A DNA stretch of 60,708 nucleotides, filler included, from Sphacelaria rigidula (taxonomy: Eukaryota), in NCBI GenBank assembly GCA_964200075.2. It is 10 parts of 10 records of this genome, joined end to end, with 100 filler letters (N's around TTAATTAATTAA, not from the genome) between each part and the next. Parts side by side here need not be neighbours in the genome. Positions count along the whole stretch, not along the records: positions 12,164 to 18,144 come from CAXNAA020023030.1; positions 18,245 to 24,225 come from CAXNAA020023031.1; positions 24,326 to 30,306 come from CAXNAA020023032.1; 7 more parts are not named here. One strand, given 5' to 3'. Below, one piece after another: positions 12,200 to 24,653 of the stretch. The notes beneath the pieces were generated by a model. The model was not told where the DNA came from, did not search any database, and worked only from the letters and a program-made list of their open reading frames with translations. Position numbers and translations under genes: made by a program. Each line of letters starts with the position of its first letter. Position 1 is the stretch's first letter.

Positions 12200-15100
12200 G
12201 CGAGTGCCACGAGTCACACTCGTGCTCGTCCGACGTATGGAAAATCTCTCTCCGGGAGGGGGGTGGGGGGGGGCTCCGTGCCCGCAAATGTTCTCTCGAC
12301 AGACCCTTGTATTAGGCAACAGTGAGTCGACCCTCGCTCTAAAAATATTTTGAGCCAAAAACGGATCTTGGCGAAACAAGTGTACGAGCTCTGTCCGTGC
12401 TCTTTCAAAATGGATCGAAATTGAATCCTGACGTGAAGGCTAGTCGACCACGGTGTAGACAGCACAGGAGTCTCGGCTTTCATTAACTTCCAGGCGCGCC
12501 TACGGATCAAATAGTGCCGCGGGAAACGAAGGTTACTGCGCAGTAGGCCTCCTTTAGTCCGAGAACGGAGTGGGACGACCCACCACCAGAGTCTACTATT
12601 TTTATCCCCGATCCTCTTTTTTCCATGGTCAGACCCCCGTTTTGCATGCCGAAGTAGACCATCTGGCGATCGCTCTCCGCCCCTCGAACGTCATCCTCCA
12701 GGTCACCTCGCGGCAGCACATCACAGGACCTGAAACATCTCGGCCACATCTTTCCACGGCCTGGGGAAATCCCCCGCACACAAACCAGACCCCATCGGGA
12801 CGTCTAACTGGTTGCTTCATCACGGAACAACAGCAATAAAGATCGACAGTGATCTCACACATCCTATTGTTTTGCAACAACAGTTGCAGAGATCCCGACG
12901 GAACCCAGCGGGTCGCGTCCCCGGCAGGAAACCTACCCTAACATACATGTCGTATATCGAAAAAAGTAGTAACGATCACCAAGCAGTTACCGTTCGAGAT
13001 TTGTCTGGCAAAGAAGTCAATATTTCCGTCCAGAGCAGTCACGCCCCTATATAGCATTACAGTAGCATTCCTGCGTCATATTCGTTGACGGCTTTGTTCG
13101 TGCCTTCATCTATCCCGACAACGTGAAACGCGCTGTGATCGCTCGATTGCTATCAACGTAATGAACCACGGCACCTACGACAAAGTGCTACACCGTAATA
13201 TAGCTTGCTTGTAAGGATGCATGAGTGTGCAGGAGGAACCAGGCGGAAAAATTTATCACCCCCGCCGTTTTCTGCATGAGTTGAAGTAGCTGATGATGAG
13301 AACAATCAGAAGTATACTACATGACAACTAACTGTAGGAATAAGTATGGCCTGGTTCATCTACAACAGTATCTCAGTTGAGAGAAGATGCCTCAGCTAGT
13401 CCGAGTTCAGCTGACTTGGTTCACCCATACTCAGTTCAAGTAATATTTGTCTCCCCTACTATTAAACCAAGTAGCCTGTCTATCCGCTAGTCTACCGTAA
13501 GTTATCTTATTGGTTCACCCATACATCGTGTACGTATTGTCCCTGCTAGTCCGAGATAAACTGACTTGGTTCGCCTATACTCAGTTCAAGTAGCTTGCTT
13601 CTGCCCCAGCTCTGGAATCCAGTAATCTGCATCAGCTAGACTATTATCGAGTGACTGCGTTCACTTTTCCGTTGTCCAAGACACCTGCCTTCCCCACTCC
13701 TAGATCAAGTGACTTGTGCTGTGTGTGAACCAGTTTTAAAAAGTAATAGATGGGAGCTAATATGCCGCCCCCTCACATGGAGGGCCCAGGAGGAAAAACA
13801 CAGGGGGTGTCGATCATGGCTTCTCGGAGGGCACCCCTGAGTGGAGTCCGAAACCCCAGGAGGAATTTTTTTTCGCACTTTAAACATCTCCCCTTCCTCG
13901 GGATGAGTCCGTGGTCTGAAGGAATCAAAACATCTCTCTCCCAGTAAGCGCTTTTCATTTTGGTTTCGCGGATTGGATCTGCATTCCCGCACCGCGTCAA
14001 CTCACGTCACACGAACCCAGTTGACTGCGTCGGTTTACTCACATTCTCATGCTTTTCACGGTGTAAATCATAGATTGTAAAGAATAAACCAAACGCATCG
14101 GGAACCGAACCCCCGTCCTCTCCACCCTAATGGCGACTGTCGGATCGTTGGCCGACCGGGGGATATTGGGGGAAAATTGCTTCGTGGTCGTGGAGCCACC
14201 TTGATATGCACTTTAGAAGAGTGGGAAAGATAGTGCCATTCGGGATGGTGGTCGATGTGATCAGGATTCACGTATGATACGTCAATACAGACACAGTGTA
14301 TCATGGTCGACCCTCCCTGCTGTGATCCTCGCCTCCTACCTCACTACTCTTGACCCTCCGCGTGAGTATGGGAGCAGGGTTCGCTAGAAGTTGTTTCCGA
14401 AGCTGCTGGTGGGAAAATGACGGCGTTATGTCGCGAGCTCCAGTCGGAAATTGGGCGCTTGAGTGATGACGAGGTGCGACCCCCCAGCACAGCCCCAACA
14501 ACGTGACGACGCAAGTGACCACTAGATTTGTCAGATAGATCACCGTTCCGCGACTTATTGTCGAAATTTTCACCCACGTAGTTGCGCACTTAGGGCACAG
14601 ACCGAAGTCGAAGGAATGTGGCGCCGCATGTGGATGACACTGGTGAGAACGATCCCGGACGCCCCGAGTTCCCAGATGACCGGGAGTGTACTGCAGTTGA
14701 TATATCGAGTCGCACGTGTCGACGACGTCTGACAACGACCACTCCTCACGCGAGGGTGTTATAACATTGTCCCCTCCACCATCGCGGTGTTCCCGCGCAG
14801 CTTGCCGAATGCCAGCGGTAAATGTCGACAGAGCGCTTTTCGCTACAACCCACCCAGTATTCCCCTTCGCCTCGTTTAATTCGAAGAGGGAGCAATGCCA
14901 TGGTAGGGGTGCACTTTTTTCGCGAGAGTTTGTCTACTTCAAGAGCTCCCCGCGCATATCGGACGCACAAGAATGTGAGCCAGGACGTCCCATTTTGCAG
15001 ATGCGTTCGGGGATATTTGATGAAAAGTAATCCTGGCGTGCTCTCGCGTACCATCATAAGTCATGTTGTGGATGAGAAAAAAATTATTTGTGTACTCCTA

Positions 15101-15900
15101 CCGTAACGTCACCCTCATTCACGCTGAAAACTGAAAACACTACGAACGAAACAGGCGTGGAGAAACTCTTCAGAGTTTCAGACGTTATTTTCATGTGGGA
15201 CCCCTCACTGATTTCACCAACATGAAACGCGTCGTGATCACATGGGATGATTCGCCGAGGACACTAGTTCCTTCGCCGAGGCAACCAGTTAGTACAATCA
15301 GGAACCAGGTGCCCATTCCTCCTTCATCGTACGATAGCTCTTGGTTCGAGCCGCCAAACGAACCTGTCATGCACTGTGAATTAAAAAGTGACATGACGCC
15401 GACACGAAAAATGTGTGTCGACCATGGTGTGTACCGACTTGTGAGGTTGCGTGGGTCTCCACATTTGTGCCCATGACCGTTGCCACGAATACATGATGCA
15501 CGGGACTTCTAGCGACGAGGGCATCGACCTCTTCGAGTAGTAGTGCGGTCCGGAAGTGTGACCCATGGCCAGTGGGGCGATGGCACTCCAGCCCTCTCGA
15601 TGGTTGGGTAGAGATCACAGCAGAGCATCCACAACAAGAGTTCGTTAATTTCGTACAGACATCACGTCTGTAGCCTTTTTACCAGGTACACTGAGCGAAC
15701 GCCACTAGGTTACATGACTTCACACATGAATATCATCACGGGGTCAACATCCTCAACTAGTGAGACAAGAATGACCACAACTACATCTTTTACAAACGAG
15801 TGAAGAGCACTCAACTCCATCGCCCTTGACCCCGCCACAGTCTACATTCGGACCGTTCAACTCGACGATCGAAGTGCCATCACTATACGATGCCTTCACT
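12200..15900 (-). pseudogene. Long decayed coding-like region, possibly a relic DNA transposon with Cys-cluster and Ulp1-like segments
   Basis: Broken minus-strand frames give FGLCPKCATTWVKISTISRGTVIYLTNLVVTC (~14510-14610), GNIDFFARQI...IVTTFFD...ATRWV (~12900-13030), IKIVDSG (~12590) and DSCAVYTV (~12460). Many stops and frameshifts. Confidence 0.25.
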
Positions 15901-16152
15901 CCAACACCACCGGGTCATCTTTCCTTCCTCAGTCCAATTTTCACCGTGAAATCGAGTGAAAGGAGTCTTGGGAGACGACAATTTTTCAAACGACGATCCA
16001 AGTACAGCGGGGAGCAAGATCCACGCGGAACTAGATTCAAAAGGCCGGTTGGCCAAAAAAATTAAATTCCTGACCCACTGCCACAGGGTAGGAATAATTA
16101 CAAGGTAATCGCAACAACGGGTCATAGCCCAGGGATTCGTCCACATTAGACT

Positions 16153-17382
16153 TCAGCCCAGTATGTTGGCCGGGCTCACAAGCTCCTGCACGAGCATGCC
16201 CGCAATGCCGATCATCTGGTGACGGAAGGACGACGGCACGAGCAGGCACGGTATCAAAATGACTGTGTTTGTTTACATCCATGAGTGGTCCATTGTCAAT
16301 GAGCCACTGCCCGCATGAGGACAGAGATCGGCGTTGGAAACGTTGAATTTCCAGCCAAATGATGTTTGATTACTCCTTACAAGCAGGGGTATGTTCGACC
16401 CATGCTCATACTCGACCACACGTCAAGTTCAACAATATGACGCCCCCCAAAATCTCATGATGTCATGATACCTTGTCCAACAAGTGAATCTGCTTGAGAG
16501 AGGGTTCATGACAACACCGTCACAGTTGTTCCGGGACAAGGTCGAATATTGATTGTAGGCGGGACTGCAAATAAATGAGACTCACCGCCAGGCGTCCGTT
16601 GTTGAGCTCCTTTGTCTGCATTGTCGCTAGGCCCTCGTCGTCCTTGGGCATAAGTCCGAGGGGGTCGAATCCGAGGTCTCCTGGCATGTAGTCCTCCTTC
16701 AACCCAGCCTCACCGGTCATGGACCCGGGCTCCGCAAATGCGGTGGTGATCTGGTTGTACTCGATGAACGCGATAGCCAGAAGAGCCGCCACCCAGAACT
16801 GCTCAATGCATCAAAAGGGTGAGCGTCGGTTCAGGTTGTTGGAGTCGATTCGGTGAACTGGGTATTGGATAGCGCGAGGCCTACCCATCGCGCATGATGG
16901 CAGGTTTGTACTCGGCAGTGTTTCATCTACACCAGTCACGGGAAAAACATCGGCTCTCCGCACAACAAGGCTTTTTACCCGACCCCCGACACCCCTTGCG
17001 CTTCGACATTTTGTTACGTCCGTCTTGGATGGGACGCATTTGTGGCGTACACTACCTCTACTCACGCCCTGCAAGTGATACATATTGGCAAGCCACAACT
17101 GCTGCGATACATGTCAGCACACTCTCAGTTTCGCGTTCGTAACAATATCGGGAGTAGAGCCATCACATCTGCAACATATTTTGGCCATGCCATCTCGTGA
17201 TTCCATCTCAATTGCACCATCTTACAATGTCTACGGCCAGCCTAATCGTACCCTTGGGAAATCTCAAATCGCCACAACACGTGCATTTGGTGAGTCACCT
17301 GCGGGAACTGGGCGGTGATCTCCTGGAAGTGATCCACAGCAGGGCCGATGTAGTCCGGGCCCATGAAGAGGGGGTGGAATGA
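16153..17382 (-). CDS. Light-harvesting chlorophyll a/c-fucoxanthin protein, LI818/LHCX-like; 3' part, exons 17382-17299, 16798-16586 and 16215-16153
   Basis: GT-AG phase-0 splicing gives SFHPLFMGPDYIGPAVDHFQEITAQFPQ|FWVAALLAIAFIE...PGDLGFDPLGL...KELNNGRLA|MIGIAGMLVQELVSPANILG*. This has the canonical LHC FDPLG and ELNNGRLAM motifs. 5' exons are beyond the contig end. Confidence 0.95.
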
Positions 17383-17740
17383 CTGTAGCAGTACACACGC
17401 AGAGGGGATACAATGCGACCAGTGAATAAGTGCGACCAGTGAATAAGTGAAGGACAGATCGTCAACACAGGGAGAGTGTACCCATGATTTTGCATGCATT
17501 ATTTATGCATTTGGTGAGTCACCTGTCTCATATTTGCACAAATCGAGATTCGTTACCATAAAAGTGGTTCTTATATTTTGTCTTTCCCTTGCTCAAAAAA
17601 AGAATTCAACCATCCAACCATCCATCCTCAAACAATCTTTAATTTAATAAATTAAAACTATTATTATTTATTATATATATGTTTCGTTTCTAGTAGGGCG
17701 TGTCTTCGCACTTTTTTTTTCGATCGAAAAAAAAATGTCC

Positions 17741-18144
17741 TACGAGCTGGGCCAGCCTAGAGGCGGACTATTTGAAGTTTGCAGGCCCATGCTCTTTTTT
17801 TATACATTTAGTGTTGGGCCCTGAAATTTGGCATGGACAGTGCATAGGGCATTAAAAAAAAAATATATATATATATATACTGGAGTACCAAAAGTTTATT
17901 TTATTTTATTTCATGAGTTGAGGGCATTTTAGTGATACCTAAAAACCGACTATTATTGCCCTTAACTCATGAAAAAAAAACGTTTGGTATACTTCAGTAA
18001 TTTTTTTTATGCCCTATGCACTGTCCATACCAAATTTCAGGGCCCAACTCTAAATGTATAGAAGAGCATGGGCCCATCAAAAACCGGGTCGGTAGAAATT
18101 CGGAACAGTATTTCGCAGGCCACTCACCGGCCCACGATTGGTTT
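17741..18144. mobile_element. Non-autonomous DNA transposon (TA-CGAGCTGGGCCAGC terminus) with an internal ~290-bp hairpin; truncated by the gap
   Basis: Same family as 46539-47749. Inverted arms span 17784-18074. Confidence 0.8.
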
Positions 18145-19197
18145 NNNNNNNNNNNNNNNNNNNNNNNNNNNNNNNNNNNNNNNNNNNNTTAATTAATTAA
18201 NNNNNNNNNNNNNNNNNNNNNNNNNNNNNNNNNNNNNNNNNNNNAAAAACCCCAATACCTCTAAAAAAAGTTGAAAAAAACCAACCCAACACCCCCCCCC
18301 AAACCGTTGGGCCCCCCCCCCCCCCCCCCCAGTAGTTCACCACTTGATCGGATGGAAGTTTCCCGGAATGTCGTTACTTAGTTTGACTGAACACTACACG
18401 CCGACATTCGGATCTTTAGTGGGGTTGACAGTCCCACGTGCCCCTAGCGTGCACACAATACGTTGTCGTCTATTTCGGCTCCTAAGGCGCCGACTTGAGG
18501 TCTAATAACACTTCGCACCCCCCTCGCCCCGAGCGTTCTCGTTATGTTTTGGCTTCGGGTCAGGGTGAGCGCCGTTCTTATCCAAGGGGATTTTTCCCTT
18601 TTTAAAAAAAAAAAAACTCTTGAACGGGGGTTGTCTCCACAACGACCAGTTTTTGAGTCTTGTTGAGATACAGATTGAGCCCCAGATCTGCACACAGTTT
18701 CAGAAATGCGGCGGGTATCAGTGATCTGGAATGCTACAGACAACACGCAACAAGGCAATACAAGACCTACAATACACACGGAGCCCCGGAAGAACAAGTA
18801 CGGACACACTCCACTCACGCGCATTGGCTCCAGCTGTAGCCCTTGCTCATCTACACTCGGTAGTGTTTGTTTGACGGAAATCCGTTCTGTATCGGACGAA
18901 TGGCGGCCGCGTGCGTGTCTACATCAAGAGAGAAAGTGGTGTTGCGGACCGCTTGTGAAGGTGTGCTGTGCGCGTGTCTCACGCCAACGATCATTCCTCA
19001 ATACATTCTGAAGAGATATAAGCAAAGGTCACGCACAATGCGCTCAGCTGATCAGCAGCTACGGCTCGGCCTGTGTTTTGGTGTGCGGGGGCACCAAGTT
19101 CCTCAGGTTCACCTCTGATTCGTGTAGAGTTGTGTAGGAGGCCTTTGCATATGTCCCGGTCAAACGGTACATGCACATTCCCCTTCGAGGTGTTCGG

Positions 19198-19270
19198 AAA
19201 TCCCCTGTTCAAAAAAGGATTATAGGAAGTGTTTGCACTTCCTATAATCCCTCTTTTGAATAGGGGATTT
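19198..19270. repeat. Near-perfect 34-bp-stem hairpin (probably MITE-derived)
   Basis: aaatcccctgttcaaaaaaggattataggaagtg-tttg-cacttcctataatccctcttttgaataggggattt. Confidence 0.85.
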
Positions 19271-20741
19271 ATGGGCACATGTTTTGGGGGATAGTATCGC
19301 AGCAACCAATGAACGGCCGTTAAAATAAGGGGATTTTAAAGGAGAAAATCCCCCTTCGATGAGCAAGGCCCTCAGGATCAAGGTTAGCTCGAGATAACAT
19401 AGTGTGTTCGCTTCCTGAACACATAGTTCCGAGAAATTCCTTGTCCGACCAAGTAGTAAACTGATCTCGAAATTCTTCGACACCTGAGCATACCTCAACA
19501 ATGCTGGTGGTACATCCATGTGGTGGTGACTGGTCTGCAGCTCCATCTCGTACTCTACCAAGCAATGCCCCCCCCACCCCCCTACCCTGCCCCTCAACCA
19601 TCACAAGGGTTGTGCGACGTGAAGACAAGGTGCCAAGCGGGAGATTCTACACCCTGAACTAAAGATTACATAGACGAAAAGTAGTGTCTTATGTCCAGGG
19701 TTTGGGAAATTCGTCGGCTGACAGCAAATATTTTCTTGATAATATTTGCGTATGTACATGATGAACACGTGCCGTACCCAGAGCTAATTTTCCTCGATTA
19801 TCACCAGTGTGTGTGTGTGTGTATGTTTATGTTTGTGTCCAGAGCTTGACTTGGTCGCCGTTTGAAATATCGTTGACGTTCGATCACTAACCGTTTGGAA
19901 AAATATACTTTCATACTCCATTCCACGGTTCAGACGAATCATCTCTGGTTCGAACCACCAAATCCACGATTTTTCAGGCCTGGTTTCTCCAAAGAGAGGG
20001 AGAAGTTGACCGTTGGTCAAAAAAAACGCTGCGCAATTTCTGAGCCATTCCACGTGCCTGGCCTGCGCGTACCTGGGTTGCAACGCTGAAACAAAACCTG
20101 AAGATTGATTCTTACGGTACGAATCATTCACACTTAAATTAGGTAATTTCCTGACGAATCATTTATTCGTCCAACCCTTGCTTCATTCATGAAATAATCG
20201 TTCACGTTATGTAATTGTCATTTTCGGAATAGTTATTCGATACGAATCATGCGCATGTAAGACAGAAAAGACAAGTTTTTGTCCATGGCATCCAAATTTC
20301 AAGTCACGAAGGGACGTATTCCCAGTATTTCGTGTCTCGCCCGCCGCAGTTTTATGCTCTCCTTTTTACTGCTCTGTAGTTACCACCCCTTTGACCCCGA
20401 CCCGCATACTAATGACCCGGCCCCGTCATCCCGGAGATGTTAACACTTACCCCCGAAGGGGTTCGTGTGCCTATTACCCCGAGGCTCGGCTAGATCACCG
20501 TGTGGCGGTCATATCGGGTAGCCGCCTCGAGCGTTCGGCAAGCTTTACTCAAGACAGTATGGGACTTGAACCCCCCTATCAACTTGCCGCAGTGCACGCG
20601 GCGCCGTACTCCTGTGACCTCCGACCCTAGTGTCTTTCCGGCTGTGCGTGTTGTATATTTCGTATCCTGTACACTATGTTTCATCTCCCCCTCTCCCCTC
20701 GCGCCACACTCTCTCGCTGTTTTTCACGTGTGCGACTCCAG

Positions 20742-22859
20742 GCTCTGGTCGCAGCGCAAATGAAGATGGAAGTAGATCGCGAAAACAGACGTCGGCCGTG
20801 GCAAGAAAACGAGCTGTCCTCGCTCGCGAAGGCCATCTCCAAATTTCCCGCGGGTTCGCAAAACCGTGAGTATTTCCTCTGCCTCACAGATGAGGAGCTA
20901 GCCAGCTTGTCTTTTGTCCATTTTAAGGGTGTGCGTGCCAACTCCTCTGTTTCTTTGTTTTTCCATTGTCGTTTGCCCTTTGCCCTTTGTCGTACGTTGC
21001 TCGCGTGCTTGCGTGCTTTTATCTGTTGTTGTTTTTTCTGCAGAAGGGTATCCTCCTTGCCCCTGGCCCCCTCCACATACACACATCGTAAACGTAATGA
21101 GCGCGCAAATACTGGAACGGGCTCCATCTCGAACGGGATACGCTGCCTCCCCCCCCTCATCTATTATTCCTGCACATGCATTCTTCACTCACCAGATGGT
21201 GGCAACATATACTCCAAGAAAATTTCGTTCTTGATATTACGTTGCCGTGCTCCACCTCTTTCATTTGCCGCGTGTTTGTTCTCGGAACGCTAAATCGACC
21301 GAAATATTGTTGGGCGTCAAACTCTATACCAACAGGCTGGGAGCACATTGCGAATTTCATCTCCCAAGCCACGCGTGCCAAAGACCCGTTCAACAAGGAA
21401 GAGTGCATCGCCAAGTACCAGCAGATTCACGCGGCTCCTGCGGGACCCCAGAAAAAGGGTGACGTTTCACCGGCGACGGCGAACACGGGGGGGGCGGGGG
21501 CTACCTCCTCGGCGAACAGCACCACCGCACCCAATTCGCGGCCCGAACGACGGGAGTCAAGGGTGAGTTGTATTTAGGTGCAGTATGGCCTATACGTGTG
21601 CCCCCCTCCCCTTCCCCCTCCCCCCTGGTCCGGCGAAACGTTGGCGTGCTTCGTCCCGGCTTTGTAGGGATGCGAGGTCATTGGTCATATGACTATGGCA
21701 TGCAAGATCATGAGTACCTCCTCCCCTTGTGTCGAGTTTTGCCGTCAGAGTTGCGTTCATCATGAGTAGTGGAAGTGCCTTGATCAGTCAGTCAGTGTAT
21801 GCATGTTGGAAGGAGAAGGAAAAAAGTACCGCAAAATTGGCCTGTGCGTCATGTCGTGTCGTATGGGTGCTTTCCGTGGTAGATATCGTGAACGGACTTG
21901 GCCGTGTGAGGTCAGGAATCAATTGTAGGGATATCTTCGGATAGCATGATGTAGGATATCGAAGACATGTTTGCTTCTCGGGACTGATACAGGCGTCTGC
22001 GCCAGTCTTCCGCCCAGCACTCTTCTCCGGGCGCGTTACTTGTGGAGCACGGTCGGTTGTTGTAAGCCGTTTTTGCCTGGGAGCGGCACCTTACGAATAA
22101 TCTTTCCTCCGCAGCGCTGGCGCAGCGTGTTTTTTGACGTCATACTAACACCTCTTGAAGTAAATCCTTCTCGGAATTTTTTTGGGGCGACAATGCTAAC
22201 TCTAACCGTGACCCTTACCTAAACAAAGGCACACGAGAACCCTTGGGCAAGCGGAGTTCGAAATGTTCTCTTGTCAAAGCGTGGCGTCGGCAGAACTAAA
22301 ATGGGCGCCGCAGGCGCCGATGTAGTAGGCAAGAACGCGTTCTGCGCATGCTGAGAGCACTTGGGATTTTTTACCCCAACCAAAGATCCGAATTTTGGTG
22401 TGCCCATGCAAATCAAGATGTATTGCCCTCGCGGTCTGGTGATTGACCTCTATATTAGCCTACCTATCGTAGTGAATGGGCGATAACGAAAGCTTCCTTC
22501 CCGCTCGCGCATACCATATTCTGACGGCATCGCCGATATATATATATATATATTACTCCGCATTTTTTGGGTGATGACGAACACATCAATCTGCCCAGGA
22601 GGACGTGTGGAGCCAGTCTCAACAGCAGCAACTGGAAGCGGCCCTGGCGCGCTTCCCCATGGGCATGGACAAGAACGAGAGATGGGCAGCGATTGCCGCG
22701 GCCGTGCCGGGGAAAAGCAAGAAGCAGTGCGTCGAACGTTTCAAGTTTGTCAAGACGCAGCTTTTGGCGAAGAAGAAGGCCGAGAAGAAGGCGGCCGAAG
22801 CTGCAGCGGCGGCTGCGGCGGGGACAAACGGGACGGCGGCACCACCCGCAAAAAAATAG
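20742..22859 (+). CDS. DNAJC2: DNAJC2/ZRF1(MPP11)-like protein, C-terminal two SANT/Myb domains; exons 20742-20865, 21336-21562 and 22599-22859
   Basis: Phase-consistent GT-AG splicing gives PWQENELSSLAKAISKFPAGSQNR|WEHIANFI...KEECIAKY and EDVWSQSQQQQLEAALARFPMGMDKNERWAAIAAAVPGKSKKQCVERFK. The J-domain is not on this contig, so orthology is inferred. Confidence 0.8.
21960..22400. repeat. Dispersed repeat containing a degenerate CCCTAA-like tract; related copy at ~43260-43480
   Basis: Both copies share ctaaccgtgacccttacc / cgtaaccctaacccc, ccct(t/c)gggcaag and cgccgcaggcgccg. Confidence 0.55.
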
Positions 22860-23769
22860 GCGTGGGTTATTTGTTGATGAAGTTCTCAACTTACCCACCT
22901 ACCTGGTCGTTACTTATCAGTCATATTTCTTGTTTTTTTTTTCTTCACGGTGACTGCGCGTGGCGTTTTTTACTTGGATCATTACACGATCCGAATATTG
23001 CTCTGCGGTAAAGATCTCTGAAGGCAGTTTTGGGATTGTGAAGTCCTTCCTTCCGTCCTCACTCACCTCCATCACTCGGCGATAACGGAAGTCACACGGT
23101 TGTTTTTTTCCTACTTGAAGGAAAAAATTAGGAAAAAAAGGGCTCTTGTGCATTCATGTGTTTGCTCCGTGAGACGTGGTAGTTTTTTCAGGTGGGGGGT
23201 TGGCAGACCTTTTGTGAATGTCCTTGTGAGGGTGTTGAGGTATACATCCCGGCCTCATTTAGTACGTAATCTATTTTTTGTTGTTTATCGAGTGTTGGTG
23301 GATGTTTTTTCTTCGCCCTAATTTTGATCGTGGGTGGTATCTGATCGTTGATGTTATGTGTGCGTCTGCTGCAGGCGTGTGCGGCGCTGTTTCGGTGGTA
23401 GCTGAAAGCTGGTTGCTCGTCAAGAGATGTGTACGACACTGTATTTTTTTCCCTCGGTGCTCTTGCACCTGGCCCAGACTGGGGTCAGCCATTGACGGGA
23501 GACGGTATCGGGTGTGGTTGAACCTGCGCGTTGTGGGAGCGTTAATGCTAGAGGTTAGAGCTGTCCTGATTAAAGCGTAACCGTTCGAACATTCACTGTG
23601 CGTGAACTTACAAGTCACCGTTCTCGTTGCATACTTCGCGGTGTCGGCCGCGGTAGTTTCCGGTGTCCTAACTCCACACCATTACTCCTAGGGTCGCCAT
23701 GTATGTTCCGCACTCAACTTGACGAAACACACTCATCGTTTTATCTCAATTACATGCATTCATGACCGG

Positions 23770-24150
23770 TCGTCCCGGTGGCTCAGTCGGTAACCTCGAA
23801 ACCTTCTGACGGCTGGGTCGTGGGTTCGAATCTCGGTGCAGTCACACGATCTGGGACTTTTTCTCACACCACGCGCAACCGTAGTGGAGAGCGACTGTGT
23901 CGTGAGCACACGGAAATCTACCTCACGATCGAAAAGGGAAATAAAGGGACTGCTGAACCCCTCTCGCGAATATAGAAAGAAGACAAGCACCGCAGAAGGA
24001 AAGTTGAGTACTAACACGAAGAAAAGAAGAAAAATACCCCATGTTGCATGGCCTTTCTACTGTGTGATTTTCGCTGATGCGCCCACATATACCGAAAGGT
24101 GTACAGACTGGCGTCCAGAATAGATGGGATGAGAACATACATGTAACAGT
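23770..24150 (+). mobile_element. tRNA-derived SINE; 3' body also at ~34078-34200 (+) and ~51655-51735 (-)
   Basis: Pol III A box (TGGCTCAGTCGG) and B box (GGTTCGAATC) without a proper cloverleaf. The body gctgatgcgcccaca.ataccgaaaggtgta..ggcgtccag recurs on other contigs. Confidence 0.75.
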
Positions 24151-24653
24151 GTTTTCGTGAGAATGAGAGTAGATGATACGATTGAGAGTGGCTTCGATCA
24201 TTCCCTTTAAGTGAGTCATTTTTTTNNNNNNNNNNNNNNNNNNNNNNNNNNNNNNNNNNNNNNNNNNNNTTAATTAATTAANNNNNNNNNNNNNNNNNNN
24301 NNNNNNNNNNNNNNNNNNNNNNNNNCCAACTGCAAAATAATCAGTAGGCTTCGGGCCGAACAATCTTAGCAGGATGCAGCTCACCCTTCATGCGACTCGT
24401 CGAACACACCACGGCGCTTCGCGCTTGGTGCTTTAAGGGCGAGCCTGGTCCGGCAAAAACCCGGCGTGCTCTGTCCCGGCTTCGTAGGGATGCGAGGTTA
24501 ATGGTGTTATGGCTATGGCATGCTCCTGCCACGTGTCACTATGGACACGAGCCCTACAGTAATGTTCTCCTCACCGGGTATGTGGGATGCTACATTCAAC
24601 AAGTAATCTGGACCACCTTCTCTTTCTGTTTGTCTTATCTTGCTTTGGAGCAG

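Noticed and set aside
23770..23840. tRNA gene (similar B-box fragments at ~5775, ~20570, ~31330 and ~48385)
   Set aside because: No acceptor or anticodon stems could be formed, and the 23770 copy continues into a dispersed repeat body, so these are SINE heads.
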